From an uncultured Rhizobiaceae bacterium (GTDB lineage Bacteria > Pseudomonadota > Alphaproteobacteria > Rhizobiales > Rhizobiaceae): a DNA stretch of 64,000 nt. The notes beneath the pieces were generated by a model, which was not told the DNA's origin, did not search any database, and saw only the letters and a list, made by a program, of their open reading frames with translations. Position numbers and translations under genes: made by a program. The stretch covers positions 18 to 64,017 of the forward strand of contig CAXBCW010000009.1 in NCBI GenBank assembly GCA_963974325.1, given 5' to 3'. Of this stretch, positions 61,599 to 64,000 are shown in pieces (positions within the stretch are counted from its first letter, which is position 1; every line of letters starts with the position of its first letter).

Positions 61599-62864
61599 CT
61601 AGTGTGCAAGCGCGATATCGCGGCGCACTTTTGCCGAGTGAACAAGTAAAATAATAAGACAAAGCCCACATACCGGCCATAGGATTCCGGTCAAAACATG
61701 CCAACCCCAAGCATTTAAAACTTGGCCCGAGGCCAGTGATGAGAGTGCGACAAGCGTAAACAATGTCCCATCGTGGAAACCTTGGACTTTGTTTTTCTCT
61801 GACGGACGATAACACATTGTCACCATCGAGGTTGCCCCAATGAAGCCAAAGTTCCAACCGATGCCAAGCAAAACCAAAGCCAGCCAGAAATTCCAAAGCT
61901 CAATGCCGCTAAAACCAACCATGGCGCAAATGATCATGATCACAAGACCAGATGCTGTGACGCGATCTGCGCCAAACCGTGTGATAAGTTTCCCTGTAAA
62001 GAAGCTTGGACCATACATGGCAAGCACGTGCCATTGAATACCCAATGTGGATTGTTCGGGGCTAAAGCCACATAACATCATGGCAATTGGGGTCCCTGTC
62101 ATCATGAAGGTCATCATTGCAAATGTGACCACGCCGCACATGAGCGCGACCATAAATTTAGGCTGCGTTGCAATTTCTCTGAGCGGGCGCTCATCATGCC
62201 CCTCACCTGTTTGCAAAACCTGATTATCGCTTGGCATCCGCAAGAATGTCAGAATAAAAATTCCGATGAGCAAGACAGGTACAATGCCCATAAAGCTGCC
62301 CGCAAAGGGGATAGGATCAAAGAAATTGCCCATACGGATTGCCATTTGTGGCCCGATAACCGCTGCAAAAATTCCGCCCATGGCGACCCATGCAATCGCT
62401 TGTGGCTTAAAGGAAACTGGTGCGCCATCTGCTGCTGCAAAGCGATATTGATTTGAAAACGCCATGCCATTGCCAATGAACATAAGACCCAAAGCTAGCA
62501 GAACAAACATGCCATTGAGCAAAGCCAATGTGGCAAGCGTACAGCCCAACATGCCCAAACATGCCCCTGCAATAAAGCCTGTACGGCGTCCAACGCGGCG
62601 CATTAAAAACGCTGCTAAAAATGCACCTAACGCTGTTCCAACATTAAAACCCATAACAGGCAATGTGGCCCAAGACTTGTCTTCTTCTAAAAGATAATGG
62701 CCAGCCAACCCACCTGTTGCTACTGCAACGGGGGCCATGGATCCGGTAAAGGCAACCGTTGCACCCAAGATAAGCGCATTATATTTGGCAAGCTTTAGAT
62801 CACCAATATCGCTGTTTTGATTTGGATCTTGGGGTGTTGCTTGACCAGTCATGTTGTTATCCAA
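61599..62864 (-). CDS. MFS transporter
   Basis: RRVGRR.GF, YRFAAAD, QWHVLAMY.PSFFTG.LI.RFG, GWNFGF.GAT. Confidence 0.9.
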   Translation of the reverse strand: MDNNMTGQATPQDPNQNSDIGDLKLAKYNALILGATVAFTGSMAPVAVATGGLAGHYLLEEDKSWATLPVMGFNVGTALGAFLAAFLMRRVGRRTGFIAGACLGMLGCTLATLALLNGMFVLLALGLMFIGNGMAFSNQYRFAAADGAPVSFKPQAIAWVAMGGIFAAVIGPQMAIRMGNFFDPIPFAGSFMGIVPVLLIGIFILTFLRMPSDNQVLQTGEGHDERPLREIATQPKFMVALMCGVVTFAMMTFMMTGTPIAMMLCGFSPEQSTLGIQWHVLAMYGPSFFTGKLITRFGADRVTASGLVIMIICAMVGFSGIELWNFWLALVLLGIGWNFGFIGATSMVTMCYRPSEKNKVQGFHDGTLFTLVALSSLASGQVLNAWGWHVLTGILWPVCGLCLIILLVHSAKVRRDIALAH

Positions 62865-62879
62865 TTTGAGGCTTGGCTA

Positions 62880-63353
62880 CTATTTACGCCATTTTTTTGC
62901 AAGGCGATCCAAAACTGCATTTACAAGTTTTGGCTCTTCGTCATCTTCAAAAAACGCACGTGCAATATCAACATATTCATTGATGACCACAGCTACTGGC
63001 ACATCTTTACGATCCATAAGCTCAAAAGCGCCAGCACGAAGGGCCGCACGCAAGATAGAATCAATACGAGACAAAGGCCAATCATCGGTCAGCACTGAAT
63101 GAATTTCTGGATCGAGTTCCAATTGGCGTTTCACAACGCCTTTGACGATCAGATCGAACCAATCAGCATCGGCATCACGATATTGGTCGCCATCGATTTC
63201 ACTGCCAAGGCGGTTTTCTCTGAAATCGGTCATCACTTCTTGAACGTGATTACCTGACATATCCAATTGATATAGCGCCTGCACAGCTGCCAATCGCGCT
63301 ACGCCGCGTTTGTTTGCAGGTTTGACTTCAGCTTTGTTTACGTCGTCGTTCAT
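62880..63353 (-). CDS. nusB: Transcription antitermination factor NusB
   Basis: [14 protein letters not shown]...RID.ILR, VP.AV.INEYV, VNAVLD. Confidence 0.96.
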   Translation of the reverse strand: MNDDVNKAEVKPANKRGVARLAAVQALYQLDMSGNHVQEVMTDFRENRLGSEIDGDQYRDADADWFDLIVKGVVKRQLELDPEIHSVLTDDWPLSRIDSILRAALRAGAFELMDRKDVPVAVVINEYVDIARAFFEDDEEPKLVNAVLDRLAKKWRK

Positions 63354-63799
63354 GAAGAAAATTTCTCTTTTAATTGGATCATTTTAAGCGCAGCACGGGC
63401 AGCAAATCCGCCCTTGTTCAATTCGGTTTTCTTAACACGGGCCCAAGCTTGGTCAGCATTTTCAACAGTCATAATGCCATTGCCTAGCGCAATGGATTCG
63501 CTGACGGAAAGCTGGGTTAGGCCGCGAGCTGATTCATTGCTGACGATTTCGAAATGATAGGTCTCGCCACGGATCACAACGCCAAGAGCGATAAATCCAT
63601 CATAATGGGTGCCATCCATTTCCATGCCATCAAGTGCCATCGCGATTGTCGCTGGAATTTCCAAAGCGCCATCAACGGTTACAACTTCATAGCTTGCGCC
63701 TGCGTCTTTAAGGGCATCTGTTGCACCTTCTAAAATGGCATCTGCCATATCGTCATAAAATCGCGCTTCTACAATGAGTAAATGAGGTGCGTCTGCCAT
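63350..63799 (-). CDS. ribH: 6,7-dimethyl-8-ribityllumazine synthase
   Basis: [30 protein letters not shown]. Confidence 0.96.
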   Translation of the reverse strand: MADAPHLLIVEARFYDDMADAILEGATDALKDAGASYEVVTVDGALEIPATIAMALDGMEMDGTHYDGFIALGVVIRGETYHFEIVSNESARGLTQLSVSESIALGNGIMTVENADQAWARVKKTELNKGGFAARAALKMIQLKEKFSS

Positions 63800-63925
63800 G
63801 ACATGCTCCAGCTATAAAATGAGTTGTGAATTGATAACCGCTCAAACCATGGATCTTACAAAGTCGCAAGTAAAAATGCGCAAAACGGGTGTAAAATCAG
63901 ATGATACGCCATCAATTGGAAGCTA

Positions 63926-64000
63926 TTAAGGGCGATTACTCATGATGTGTTCAACATGTCGCGCAACCTGTCGTGCCATTTGATCAACTTCAATATTGAC
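63926..64000 (-). CDS. 3' end of probable riboflavin synthase (partial)
   Basis: VNIEVDQMARQVARHVEHIMSNRP*, resembling the VN(L/I)E.D..ARY C-terminus, directly upstream of ribH. Confidence 0.7.
   Translation of the reverse strand, partial: VNIEVDQMARQVARHVEHIMSNRP

Noticed and set aside
1-64000. Search for tRNA, rRNA, CRISPR arrays, transposases, integrases and phage genes
   Set aside because: None recognised by eye. A tRNAscan/Infernal/ISEScan run would be needed to exclude degenerate copies.

Overview
A mostly core-chromosome window from a moderately AT-rich, probably marine alphaproteobacterium of the Hyphomicrobiales/Rhizobiales type (inferred from gene content and protein motifs). It holds purB, purC-purS-purQ-purL, bolA/grxD, ttcA, rpsD, rplM-rpsI, argC, heme A synthase, a complete unipolar-polysaccharide-like (upp) adhesin locus, yceD-plsX-fabH-ihfA-merR, bamE, hppA and the 3' part of the rib/nusB cluster. 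Accessory genes are interspersed: a BacNav-type Na+ channel, a GAF kinase with a receiver protein, an autotransporter, desaturases and transporters. I saw no tRNA, rRNA, CRISPR array, transposase or integrase. The most unusual signal is fabH, which is split at its catalytic [11 protein letters not shown] motif by a 100-bp insert between imperfect 34-bp direct repeats that differ only at synonymous sites. Precise excision would restore a 323-aa FabH, and a +1 slip at TTT-TAG would also bridge the two halves. The downstream fabH-3'/ihfA/merR-5' patch has atypical codon usage. Other notable items are a self-contained small transcription unit (promoter, near-perfect anti-16S SD, 22-aa ORF, UUCG terminator), an orphan triple Pho-box array, a cysteine-free CysH-like pseudo-enzyme, a ~22-aa insertion in ribosomal protein S9, and several gene lesions between 20 and 29 kb. 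All family assignments come from motif recognition by eye; no database search was run.
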